The notes under the pieces are model-generated. The model worked only from the letters and a program-made list of their open reading frames with translations. It was not told the origin of the DNA and did not search any database. From Neoechinorhynchus agilis (taxonomy: Eukaryota; Animalia; Acanthocephala), in the NCBI GenBank assembly GCA_051530055.1, contig CM121341.1, forward strand, positions 4,442,784 to 4,506,783: 64,000 nt of DNA. Reading direction: 5' to 3'. Position numbers and translations under genes: made by a program. Below, in pieces: positions 43,708 through 54,313 of the stretch. Position 1 is the first letter of the stretch; each line of letters opens with the position of its first letter.

Positions 43708-44992
43708 CTGATCTATGAGGCGAAATCTTGTTAATAAGATCAAGTCTCTCAATTTGTACGCCTTGAACATCATCGAGCGAGAAAATCCTTCGAGATAATC
43801 CTCGGATAAAACATATTTTAATATAAAGTTTTGCTTTTAAATGGACACTTGGACTGGCTGTTGTAATGATTAAGAAAATCTTTATTTCCGAGAGCTTTCA
43901 CCGTCTTATTTTCAGCAATCCTCTACAAAAGGCTAGTGGAAATGATGTCCGGAACTCTGCCTCGCATTTCCAACCGCCGAATCTAAAGATTTTCTGTTTT
44001 GCCATTACAAAAAACCGTCCAAGTGTCATTTAAAATATGTTTCATCCGAGGGTTTCACTAGATATTCCCGACAGTTCAACCAAACGACGTTTTGAAAACA
44101 AAAGGCTATTCTAATGCAGGTATCTTGACAATTTATTGATTTAATTCTACTCGTAAAAATCAATCACGACCTTGGCTTAAATTGTGTTAGTCTGATGTCA
44201 CGATTAAAATAATACCGCAATCAAAAGAACTAGTATTTCTATCAATGGCGAAAATAAAATTCCTTCAATTTTCCGCCAGAAACAAACATGAATAATTCAA
44301 TCTTCAAGCATATACGGCAGATTTACGGCGAATTTGCTACAAAACTTACAAGCAACCCTGAAATATCGGATTTAATAAAATTCCTTCAACCGGATACGCT
44401 ATATTTTGGGCGTACAGAATTAAGGTTAAATTTATTTTGTCCTATATATAAAGTGATATCAAAAATAGATCTCGTTTCTCTGGTCGAATCATCTTTACTT
44501 TTAAATTAACTGAATAAAATTAAACTTTTATCAAAATGAAGAGACATCAATCAGCTCTTTACGGAATTGAGATCACCTTAAACTCGATAGTTCCCCATTA
44601 CGACTGAACAAACCGAATGGAATAATATAAATGCTAAACTTGTATTTAAAGATGAATGTTCGCCCCAAGACCCGGTTATTTGCCACTTACCTAACTCCGT
44701 ACGATGTGGCTACTGTTTTGCTTGTATATTAAATGGATATTTAGTTTTGTATGAGGAAGCACAATTTTTTGTTTCTCTCAAGAAGCTGGGCTTTTCCGAA
44801 CCGTACATTTCAATGTGATACATCACGAATTCCCGGAATCATATTTCCCACAAAACGAATTACTCACTTTCACATTTCTTCAATGGAGGCGTCATTACTC
44901 GCTCTTGCAACCTAAGTTTGGAACACAAACGAATCTCCTTTTTGGATTAAGCAAACTCACTTCTCTTTCGAAGAAAAAGACTCCATTCCATA

Positions 44993-45847
44993 ATGAGACT
45001 TATAATTGAACGCGATCCATTGGGTGTGGCAGAATGGTCGGCGAGGTACATAATGAAAAGGATCAATGATTTCAAACCTGGACCAGATCGATATTTTGTA
45101 CTAGGCTTGCCGACTGGTAAGTTATTCCTCTTCATTTGAGTTCATTGATCACTTAGCGTACAATAAGGTGGAACCCCGGTGCTTACATATCAGAAATTAA
45201 TAGGATTCAATCGCGAGAATAAAGTGTCATTCAAGTACGTAAAGACCTTCAATATGGATGAATACGTCGGTCTTCCCCAAAATCATCCAGAATCGTACCA
45301 TTCATTTATGTTCAATAATTTTTTCCAACACATTGACATCAATCCAAAGAATGTTCATTTGCTAAATGGAAACGCCGACGATTTGGACAAGGAGTGTCAG
45401 GACTATGAAAGGAAAATCAAAGAAGCTGGTGGGATTGAGTTGTTTTTAGGGGGAATCGGTCCTGATGGGCATATCGCTTTTAATGAGCCCGCTTCGAGTC
45501 TGGCATCAAGAACACGAGTTAAGACTCTCACTGCAGATACTTTAGCTGCAAATGCCCGGTTCTTCGATAATGATGTTTCAAAAGTTCCTAAAATGGCTCT
45601 CACCGTTGGCGTTGGAACTGTAATGGAAGCCAATGAAGTAGTAATACTCATCACAGGACTATCAAAAGCTTATGCACTTCATAAGGCTGTCGAGTGCGGG
45701 GTGAATTGTATGTGGACCGTTTCAGCTTTTCAATTGCATAAGAAACTCGTTATTATCTGCGATGACGATGCTACTGACGAATTGAAGGTAAAAACAGTTA
45801 AGTACTTTAAAATGCTCAGACCGGTTCACGATACTCTAATTGAATAA
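44993..45847 (+). CDS. GNPDA: Glucosamine-6-phosphate deaminase
   Basis: MRLII...FVLGLPTG|GTP (canonical intron 45117-45167), [24 protein letters not shown]. Confidence 0.95.
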
Positions 45848-45916
45848 ATTCTGCTTTTAGATTGCGTTAAAAACCACCAATTTGTCCGCGAATGTATCAC
45901 TGAATCATTTGATGGT

Positions 45917-46252
45917 TTGGAGGGTGGTGAACATAATCCCGGTTAAAGATTCTTTTATTGTATTGTACGTTAGCAAATCCTGTCCCCGGTGTTGTCGCTA
46001 CTCATTTATTTGAGAAATATTTCGCAAGCTTTTCCTTGCCTCTTCAGTCTCTATCTAAAATGGAGATGACATAAACAGCATGCACAGCCGGTCATGTCTG
46101 GATGTAGCTCAGATCCGCGATTTCAAAAGAGAAAATTTCGCCTCATCGTTGAAATAACTTTCAAACAATGACTGATTAGGCGAGGTTTCCTCTTTCGAAA
46201 TATTTCATAACAATAAAAGAATCTTTAACCAGGATTATGTTCACCACCCTCC
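45917..46252. mobile_element. MITE-like element related to 28978-29290, with an insert in its left arm
   Basis: ggagggtggtgaacataatcc...ttttattg pairs with caataaaag...ggattatgttcaccaccctcc. Confidence 0.65.
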
Positions 46253-46254
46253 AG

Positions 46255-47480
46255 ATATTGTTTGCAGGAGCGCTTGTAAGGTTGGTCTTTCCTCATAATC
46301 ATTTCAAGTTCTGATATCCGAGAAGATTGGGCAGGATGAAACGAATTAGGATTACGAGTGTTGTGCTCGTGTGAAAAGGGAGCGATATGTGAAAGAAATC
46401 GTGGTGGTAGGGTTGAGAGGTGTTTTGTTTGTTTTATTAAAATAGCATCAAGGCATTCAGCGAGAAAGAGAAAGTCAGCTGTGCAGATTTTAGATGCTCT
46501 TTTGTGAAGAATTTCAAGACGACGGATCAGCGATTTGGAATGTATGCAGAAGACGGGGTAACCGTAGGTGAGGGAAGGTAAAATAAAGATGAAGTAAAAT
46601 TTGTAGAGATCAGGCGGAGGCGTTTGAGGAGCTAAACTTTAAAGGTGTTCAGCTTGAGGGAGAGAGTGATGTGCGAGTCCCATTTCAAGTTTGATTGAAA
46701 TTGGATACCCAGAATTCTCAGGGAGGTGACTAGTAGGATGTCATTTAGAAGCTCAGGGGATGATGTGGTGTTGCGGGAGAGAGGAGATCATTTCGAAGCA
46801 TTTTGAGAAATTGAGATGGAGTTTGTGATTGGTGCAGAAATCTTTTATGTGTGTGATTTCTTTAGAGGTTAAGGAAAGGGAGAGGTGGGATGGTGAATGC
46901 TTGATGAGGGTGATATCGTCGGGGTTTGAGGTTGCTGAGGAAAATATTAAAGAGAAGTGGTGACAGCACAGCACCTTGAGGTACGCCTTTGGTGAGGCTG
47001 ATGGAGGAGATAGAACGGCAGTGAATGTATTGCTCGCGATTGTAAAGATAAGATTCGAGCCAGCAGATCTACCACAAGTTGAGACCACAATCGGAGCAGA
47101 TCCGAAGAAGGAGTGAATGGTCCACGGAGTCGGATGCTTTCGATAAATCCAGTTGAATGAGAAGGGTGACGTGGGAGGGACTATTGTCGAGGTTTCTTAG
47201 GAGTGTGTCATAAATGCAAAGTATGGCGTCGGTTGCAGAAAATCTGGGTCGGAAACCAAATTGCAGGGGCGATACCTTTTCTTTGAGAAGTGAAAGAAGG
47301 CGAGATTTAAACATTTTTCGATGATTTTTGAAAGAACGGCGGGCAGAATCGGAAATGGGATGTCCTTTTTTGGAAGAAGGATATCTATAGCATTTTTCAG
47401 GCATGAGGGGTAGATGCTATATAAAAAGCTGAGGTTTATAATGTGGGTAAAAGGGTCAATGATTTCGGGGATGATGTAGC
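46255..47480 (-). mobile_element. Degenerate CR1/L2-like non-LTR RT and 3' region
   Basis: LQFGFRPRFSATDA, LIQLDLSKASDSVDHSLLL, KLHLNFSKC, FILPSLTYGYPV; frameshifts. Confidence 0.85.
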
Positions 47481-48012
47481 GAAGCTGTAGTACTTCGTAT
47501 GACGAAACTAAGGGGAGTATCGGCGAGTTGTCAAAAACTTCAGTGAAAGATTGTGTGGTGTCTAATGTTCAGCAGTGATTGTAAATTGAGTCAGGGCAGA
47601 GGTTCTGATTGATGGAATTAAGAACCTGTTTAGTTCTTCCGTGCTTATTACGACATTGATTTAAAAGATTGTGATTATACATTTTATTATGCTTGAAATT
47701 AGTGAATTCAAATCTGTCAGTTCTTAAATGTTACTGACAATTCGAGCCTTTTTGATTTAGGTTATTATATCCGTTCCTCGGCTTAGGGGAAGACAACGGT
47801 GAACCTTGGTGCCGTGGCGTCATGCCAAAAAGCCGAGGGACGGATTTAATAACCTCCTGAATACTTTTTTTTAAGATGTATTCAATCAACCTTCATTTCT
47901 CGACAATTAACACACTCACCACCTCCTGCCGAATTCCAGCTTTAAATAAGGCGGTGAATTTTTTGGAAGGCTATAATCAGAAACAATGATTTTGCTATTA
48001 GTTTTGTTAAAA

Positions 48013-48205
48013 TTAATCTCTATTTTTATTCTAAATCACATCCAAAACGAATTCATGAAAGGTATTTTATTTGGTGATTGAAAAAATAGAGATTCGTGAT
48101 CCTTTGAATATCTACAGCAAAAAATAGGTAAAATCCGACGAGACGTACGAAATATTAATATAGAATTAATCTCTATTTTTTTTCTAAATCACAAAATATA
48201 ATTTT
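48013..48205. mobile_element. Remnants related to the Misato-intron MITE
   Basis: aatctctatttttattctaaatcac in direct and inverted copies, as at about 40797-40821. Confidence 0.55.
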
Positions 48206-48260
48206 TAATCGTACTATGTCATGAATTTATTGTTTATGGAATCCCATCGATTTTTGAGAT

Positions 48261-49179
48261 ATGCTTGAAAGATTATTGTTGAAGCTTTATCGATACCGTT
48301 TTCTACTGTATCGGCGAATGATACTTAAACCTCGTTACATAACTCCAATGGACCCAATCCGAGTATTATATGCAGATAAGGATTTTGTTGTTATAGATAA
48401 AGATTGTGGAGTTGCTGTTCAAAAGACTTCAGGCGTTACTGGTGGTTATGTGAACCTAATGGACCAGCTCCATAATTCTGGTCTTGGTACCCTTCTACAT
48501 TGTCATAGGCTTGATGCGACGACAAGTGGATGCCTCCTTTTGGCTACGAATCCTTGTGCTTGTTTACTTGCAATGGAAATGTTTAGACGTCGTAATACCA
48601 TTAAACTGTACTTGGCTCTTGTCCGAGGTCATCTCGATTCTAATGTTCCTATTCATATAAACCGTCCGATTGGATTAGATCGATCAGATTCGACATGTAG
48701 ATTACAAAGTTGTGCCGATGATGCTATTGGACCCAAAAGTGCCGAGACCTGCGTTTATCCTTTGTCCAAAGGAACATATTTAGGACAAAATGTTACTAAG
48801 GTCTTAGTTCGTATTTTCACTGGCCGCACGCATCAAATAAGAGTTCATTTGTCGCATATCGGTCACCACGTTGTTGGAGATTTTATTTATTCTTATCGAA
48901 GAGATTACAAAGCTCCTCGTCTCATGTTGCATTCGTACCACAAAAGCTATCCGGCTCATCTTTGAGTGAGAAGCTTTTGAAGAAAACAGACTGAAAGTAA
49001 GTTTCAAAAATCGCTCATATATTGACGTCTTTTCAAATGACCGGTTCGTGACGATACGTGATCCAAAATGGATAGAATCTGAAGATAAAAATGATCTAAA
49101 AAGCGCTGTTCGACTATTATCTCAAAGAAGACCCGAAGCAATTGGTTCATGGGCACATTCTGCTCGAATAATACGTTAA
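48261..49179 (+). CDS. RluA-family RNA pseudouridine synthase (RPUSD1-like)
   Basis: HRLDATTSGCLLLA, GRTHQIRVHL, RLMLHS; C-terminal exon LKVSFKNRSYIDVFSNDRF... follows a 49-55 nt gap. Confidence 0.85.
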
Positions 49180-49339
49180 ATTTGAGTATTTTTTCTAAGT
49201 GCAAGGGTTGTTTGGGTGTTTTGTTTAAACCAGCACTGCCCAACACACGCTCCTATGCGGTTCATTGAATAACTTCTAAAAGAAAATCGAGGTAGCGTAG
49301 AGGCCTTAATATTTCCCATAAGCCACATTTTATCTTTCG

Positions 49340-50560
49340 CTTCCTTAATGAACCTTCTTATGTATTCCTACCGAGATTCCTCTCTCCTCACCAACGGCTA
49401 TCCCTTGTTTTGTTACCTTTCCCAATCACAAATCCGTCGTCTTGAAACGTTTCACAGAGAAGAGCATCTAAAATTTGCACAGTTAATTTTCAATCAAGGT
49501 TATTTGTGAAAAACAATTTAATTGGTCAGATACAATCACCACCGCCCGCAAAATCTTAACTTCTCTCATTCCTCGGCTGTCGCTATCACGTTAGCAGCAT
49601 TGCCTCGTTGTACTGCGATCGAGATATTTTGTCGCAGGAATACACCTGCTCGTGCGTCGCCGGTCGCTTTTCTCAATTTATTCGAGAGATCCTGGAGCAG
49701 AGCGCAGAGCTGCCAAGCGCTCCATTCGTCTCTACTGCGAAGGGGTGGGCCCTTGCTAAATCGCTATATTTTCGTACCTTCCTCCTTTCCGCTGCACCTT
49801 CAGCGATTTCGAGAGAGTAGGGAATGTTGCTCACTGCGAGGGACGTTGCGTCCCAGAGAAGGCATTTGCCCTCCCGCCACAAAAAGATCGAAATTCCGTC
49901 AGGTCGACAAAAATGGGCGGGTTCCAAGATGTTGAGGAAGTTCACCGTTCTCAACGCCCGAGAAATTACGCTGTTGATCTCAGAATGGCGTAAGAACCTT
50001 CCTCCTGACTTTTGGCAAACGAAGCCGTGTCGCCCTCAACCAAAGACCCACATCGACAGCGATTGGGCGTGGATATCGGGAGACCAAGTCTTAAGGATAC
50101 TGCGATTCTCGTTACCTCGTCAGTAAGAAGAGTTCCCACAGATGCCAGAGGAACAGCCTCCAACCACGCCCCAGATTCTCGTGTTGAAACTGCCAACAGT
50201 CTAGCTCGGACGACTCCATCGCGAGAACCTGAAAGTAGAGAGCTGTGAGGTCTCGCGACTAGAGGTTTGTCCCAGATCGACCGTACCGTTCACCGAATGC
50301 TTCATAAAATTTTCAACGAACATTCAAAACGCCTCTCAACCTCACCACCATAATTTCTATCCCATTATATTCCCCTTTTCGCATGAACACAACACTCGCA
50401 ATCCGAAATCCTTTCATCTTCCCTCTATTTCCTCTCCTTTTCCTACACTGCCCAATTTTCTCGGATATCATAACTTGAAATGAACCTGAGAAGAGACCCA
50501 ACCTCACAAACTCTCCTCGAAGCGAATAATCACCAACTTTCCAACCGAACCCGTAATCCC
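49340..50560 (+). mobile_element. CR1/L2-like 3' fragment split by a nested CRE-type insertion
   Basis: atccgtcgtcttgaaa...agagcatctaaaat before and cctctcaacc...cacaacactcg after the CRE segment both match the reverse strand of 46360-46560. Confidence 0.7.
49530..50270 (-). mobile_element. 5'-truncated CRE-type retrotransposon (zinc knuckle and RLE region)
   Basis: ESGAWLEAVP, NRCRCG, RPDGISIFLW, WDATSL, FAVETNG, QRGNAANVI. Confidence 0.85.
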
Positions 50561-50876
50561 CTCCTAAATCAACAACCGCATTCATTTCTCTAATCAGAAC
50601 TTGAGTGTTCACGAGGACTGAAAGGTACATGGGCCTATTCTTTGTTAATTAACAAATAAACGTGCAGTTATTAATAAATCACCAAATGATGAGTATCCTT
50701 GCTTTAAGAAGCAGTAGAACAAGTTTAATTTCTAAATATTTGCCTTAAAAGTTTGCATACCTTTTGGCCCGGGCACTTTGTTGTGTTTCATACATCTTAA
50801 ATACTGCCTACATTTTACTTAGCGAATCGCTTAATCTCTTCAACGTGCAGGTGATTACATTTGATGGGCTCACGAG

Positions 50877-50949
50877 GGGGGTGTAGCTCAAATGGTAGAG
50901 CGCTCGCTTAGCATGCGAGAGGCACCGGGATCGATACCCGGCATCTCCA
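50877..50949 (+). tRNA. tRNA-Ala (anticodon AGC)
   Basis: 73-nt cloverleaf; acceptor stem GGGGGTG/CATCTCC with G3:U70 alanine identity pair; anticodon loop TTAGCAT; discriminator A. Confidence 0.96.
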
Positions 50950-51049
50950 AACATTTATCTCAAGTAATTCCAGACTTCAGGAGATAAAGTTTTCCGTTTT
51001 TTTGCAGCAACGAATTCAATAGTGAAATAATCTCGATCAAATCTTACCA

Positions 51050-52180
51050 ACATCCACACCACCGCTCTGGATCACTCAACTGCCGTTCTGGTGTAATGGT
51101 CGAAAGGACAGATGCAACTGCAGGCTTTTGTTTTGGAGGAGGAATGCTCCTGCGCTCGGATCGCCAATGATTCGTCCATGTTTCTTGGACAATTTATTGA
51201 CCAGGTACTGTGCCGCGGTACCAAACGACCCGAGCTTCTCGACGCCAAAAAGAACGAAATAATCATTTTCACCCGAGTTCCCGTATTTAATCTTTTTGCG
51301 TCCTCAGCGACGGTGGCGAATTTTATGTTGCTGGCTGCGAATGGCGTTCCAGAGAAGGCATTTTCCTTCTCGCCACGATCGGCAAAGATTGCTCGGCTCT
51401 TGGATGTTGGGCGCATTCACAGTATTCAGGGCACGACTAAGAATTGCGTTCATTTCGGCGTGCCGTGAGTACCTTCCGCCTGATTGCCGACAGCAATCCT
51501 TACTGTCTCATCGGAGGGAAGGGTACCCACAGAATCCATTGGGATAGCGTTGAGCCTAGCACCCGATTCTCTTGTAGAGACTGCCGCCAATCGAGTTCGG
51601 TTCACCAAGTCACCCTCACATAGCGCGGGGACGACACGTTCCTCGCTTCGCTCGGAACCTCGATGCTAGACCCCTAAGTGAAGAGAACAACGTCAATGTG
51701 ATTATTTCAACTTCATCAGCCAAGGGGACCACCACACGACCGAGCTTCTCAACAGGACTCTGTTAGGTTTGTGATTGGATTTTCTCCCCGATGAAAACAG
51801 GAGTTCTTAAGATCCATGGACCCCTTAATTCACGATGCTGCGGTTCCGGTTCACCCAAACAAATCCATTGATGGTGTGCGCCAAAATCCTATAACGACAT
51901 CACCAATACGAAATGAAATTCCATTTGTAGAGAATATTGTGAGCGCGTCCTGCCCAAGGATGTTCTGAAAAGAATCCCAAGGGCCGCGCGATATCAGGCC
52001 GCAAAGAGATTCATCTCTCGATTGACAGACTGCATCGAGATTAAATCAGAGTTTTCGTGGATGCGTATCTTTGTGTTCCCTAGACTGGTGCTTTCCGCTG
52101 GTGATGTTTCCAAGGGTTCTCTGACCACAAAAATAAAAGAGCGAATAAATTCTGTTGACAAAAAGTTTTGTAAATATCCC
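51050..52180 (-). mobile_element. Degenerate CRE-type retrotransposon, same subfamily as 23225-24500
   Basis: Long nucleotide match to 23225-23900; thumb-region remnant further 5'. Confidence 0.8.
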
Positions 52181-53298
52181 ATTGCTCAAAATTCAAATGG
52201 GAACGGCATCTCCAAGTTCTTTTCGCAATAATTATTTCAGAGACTTTTTACGAATTGAGCGATTCAAGCTGGCGAAATATTGGATTTAACCAAAATTCCT
52301 TTAAATTTTACGCGTTTTTTATTCCGTTTTTTATTTTTATATGATATATTTTAGCACTTTCGGCGGTCGAATTTTATGTTTTACATCAGAGAAGTGATAT
52401 GACCAAATGAACTTTGATGAACAGTTACGAGTTCGTACATTTCTCCGGGTCCTCAGATACCTCCCGAGGAGGCGGGACTCTCATTGATGAGTTTCCTCCC
52501 TTCAGCAATATTTCGTCCCCTTTGGTCGTGCGTCATTGGCGATGAGGAGACAACAACCACAGACATTGGCGGCGGGGGTGAAACAACTACGGAAGAGACA
52601 ACAACTACAGAGGGCAACGGAGGTGGTGAAACAACTGTGAACGACTTGGATCTCATTTTCAGCATTTTAGGTTCAATGGTGAACGAATTAAATAAACTGC
52701 ATTTTTCCGGCTTGCTTCAATGAAAGATTCTACTTTTTTCACCAATAAAGTAATTTTTTGATGATCACAAAACAGAGGTTCGGGGCTCAAGTCCACAAGA
52801 CCACCTCAACACAACTACGAAATGTACAAACTCAGCCGACAGAATCGGTTTGCTCAACCGCATGCGAGAAAATCTGCTAACAATCCAACGAATGACCAGT
52901 TTTTTTAAATATCAAATCGCTCAAAGTACTAATTTTTGAACGGCAATCGAGTATACGCCATTCCCATTCAAAAATCGCTCACTCCCTGTTATTTTCCAAG
53001 GTTAAAATTTCTGCTTGGTCCAAATGGCGAGATATATTTAAAACGTAGAGCGAGACAGATCGAGGCATTTGTATTTCTCCCGTTTTTCGCCGGTTCCTGG
53101 AAGCCTTTTGGTATGTTTAATATTTGTCTTTGCCGACTTTTTTCCTGCGTGCCATTCCAGATAATTTAGGAGAAGCCATTAGTGTATGCGAGAATGCCAC
53201 ACAAAAGCGTGACATTGCTCGAATGGAAAAATCTATGCGCTTATTAGGAAGCAAAAGGGATTTTCCTCGTTATCCGTTTTTGTTAGGCGAGGAAATCA

Positions 53299-54077
53299 AT
53301 GTCTAATAAATCGGAAGGATCACATGTCGCTCTTAAAACTTCGGATAAACAGCAACTGTGCAAAGAGTTTGCTCTTAATGACGAAACTTTGACAAGTGAG
53401 TTGGTCCGATTTTTTTCGTTGTTTGATGATTTAAAGAGAAGGCTACCAAGAATCGTTCAACTTGTTCGACAAAGACGGTGATGGCCGCATAACTCCTGAG
53501 GAGATTAGTGTTCTTTGTAAATCTCTCGGTTATACTATGAGCAAGGCATCAATCCGGAACATGATGATGCTTTGTGATATTGATGGTGAGTGCAGATAAA
53601 TGGAGATACGGTGAGATTTCTTTTTCAGGTAATGGGATTTTGGATTTTAAGGAATTCTTACAGTTGTTAACGAGTGGACGACAAAGGTGCCAAGTAAAAG
53701 ACGAAAATGAGCTCGATGAAATATTCAAGGTTAGATATGATCGCGACAGGGAGAGATATCGACTTTCGTATTAAGGTCTTTGATGCCAATCACGATGGAT
53801 ATATTGATGAGAAGGAGTTGTCTTCTGTTCTACGAAGATTAGGCGAGACTTTGAATGAGCATGAAATTAAGGAAATGATTGTAGTGGCCGATACTGAAGG
53901 AATAGGAAAAGTCAGCTTGAAAGGTACGAATTCTTTGACCTTTTTTATTTTGAAGATTTTCAATTAACCTCTAAAATGAAATCGTATTTTTTTCTAAAAC
54001 TTCCACAGCGCTACTTCTTTTTTGAGGCGGTTCTCTTCTTTAAAAGACGACACAAAGAGTGGGCAAAAAATAGCTAA
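53299..54077 (+). CDS. Calmodulin-like four-EF-hand protein
   Basis: YQESFNLFDKDGDGRI, DIDGNGILDFKEF, VFDANHDGYIDEKE, DTEGIGKVSLKD; four canonical introns; 3' end tentative. Confidence 0.85.
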
Positions 54078-54313
54078 ATAATTAATGGAAACCAAATAAG
54101 GGAAATTTGGATGGCTAATAAGTTGAGACGATTTCTGCACGTTCTAGAAAAGTCGTTGAAACGAATCTGATAAACACATTCTGCCACTTGTTCCTCATTT
54201 AGATTTCAAGAAGATACTGACAAGTAGAAATTCGATTCATTAATAGTCCAGAAGTCTCGGTCAATAAAAACATTATCGTTTTCATCAGATGTATGAGTAT
54301 GCGTCCATCTCGT

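Noticed and set aside
43740-44060. Minus-strand frame broken only by TAG/TAA, suggesting a ciliate-type genetic code
   Set aside because: GNPDA, E2F and MED15-B end at TAA and the EF-hand gene at TAG in expected positions; the read-through product matches nothing I recognise.
50440-50540. FLGY-containing frame resembling a Ty3/Gypsy RT or a TGA=Trp gene
   Set aside because: The same sequence is the 3' region of the CR1/L2-like element at 46255-47480, read in a different frame.
52450-52850. 79-aa ORF 52484-52723 with ETTT/GGG repeats as a mucin-like gene
   Set aside because: Its flanks match the reverse strand of 24330-24500, next to a CRE remnant, so it is more likely a repeat fragment with a low-complexity insert.
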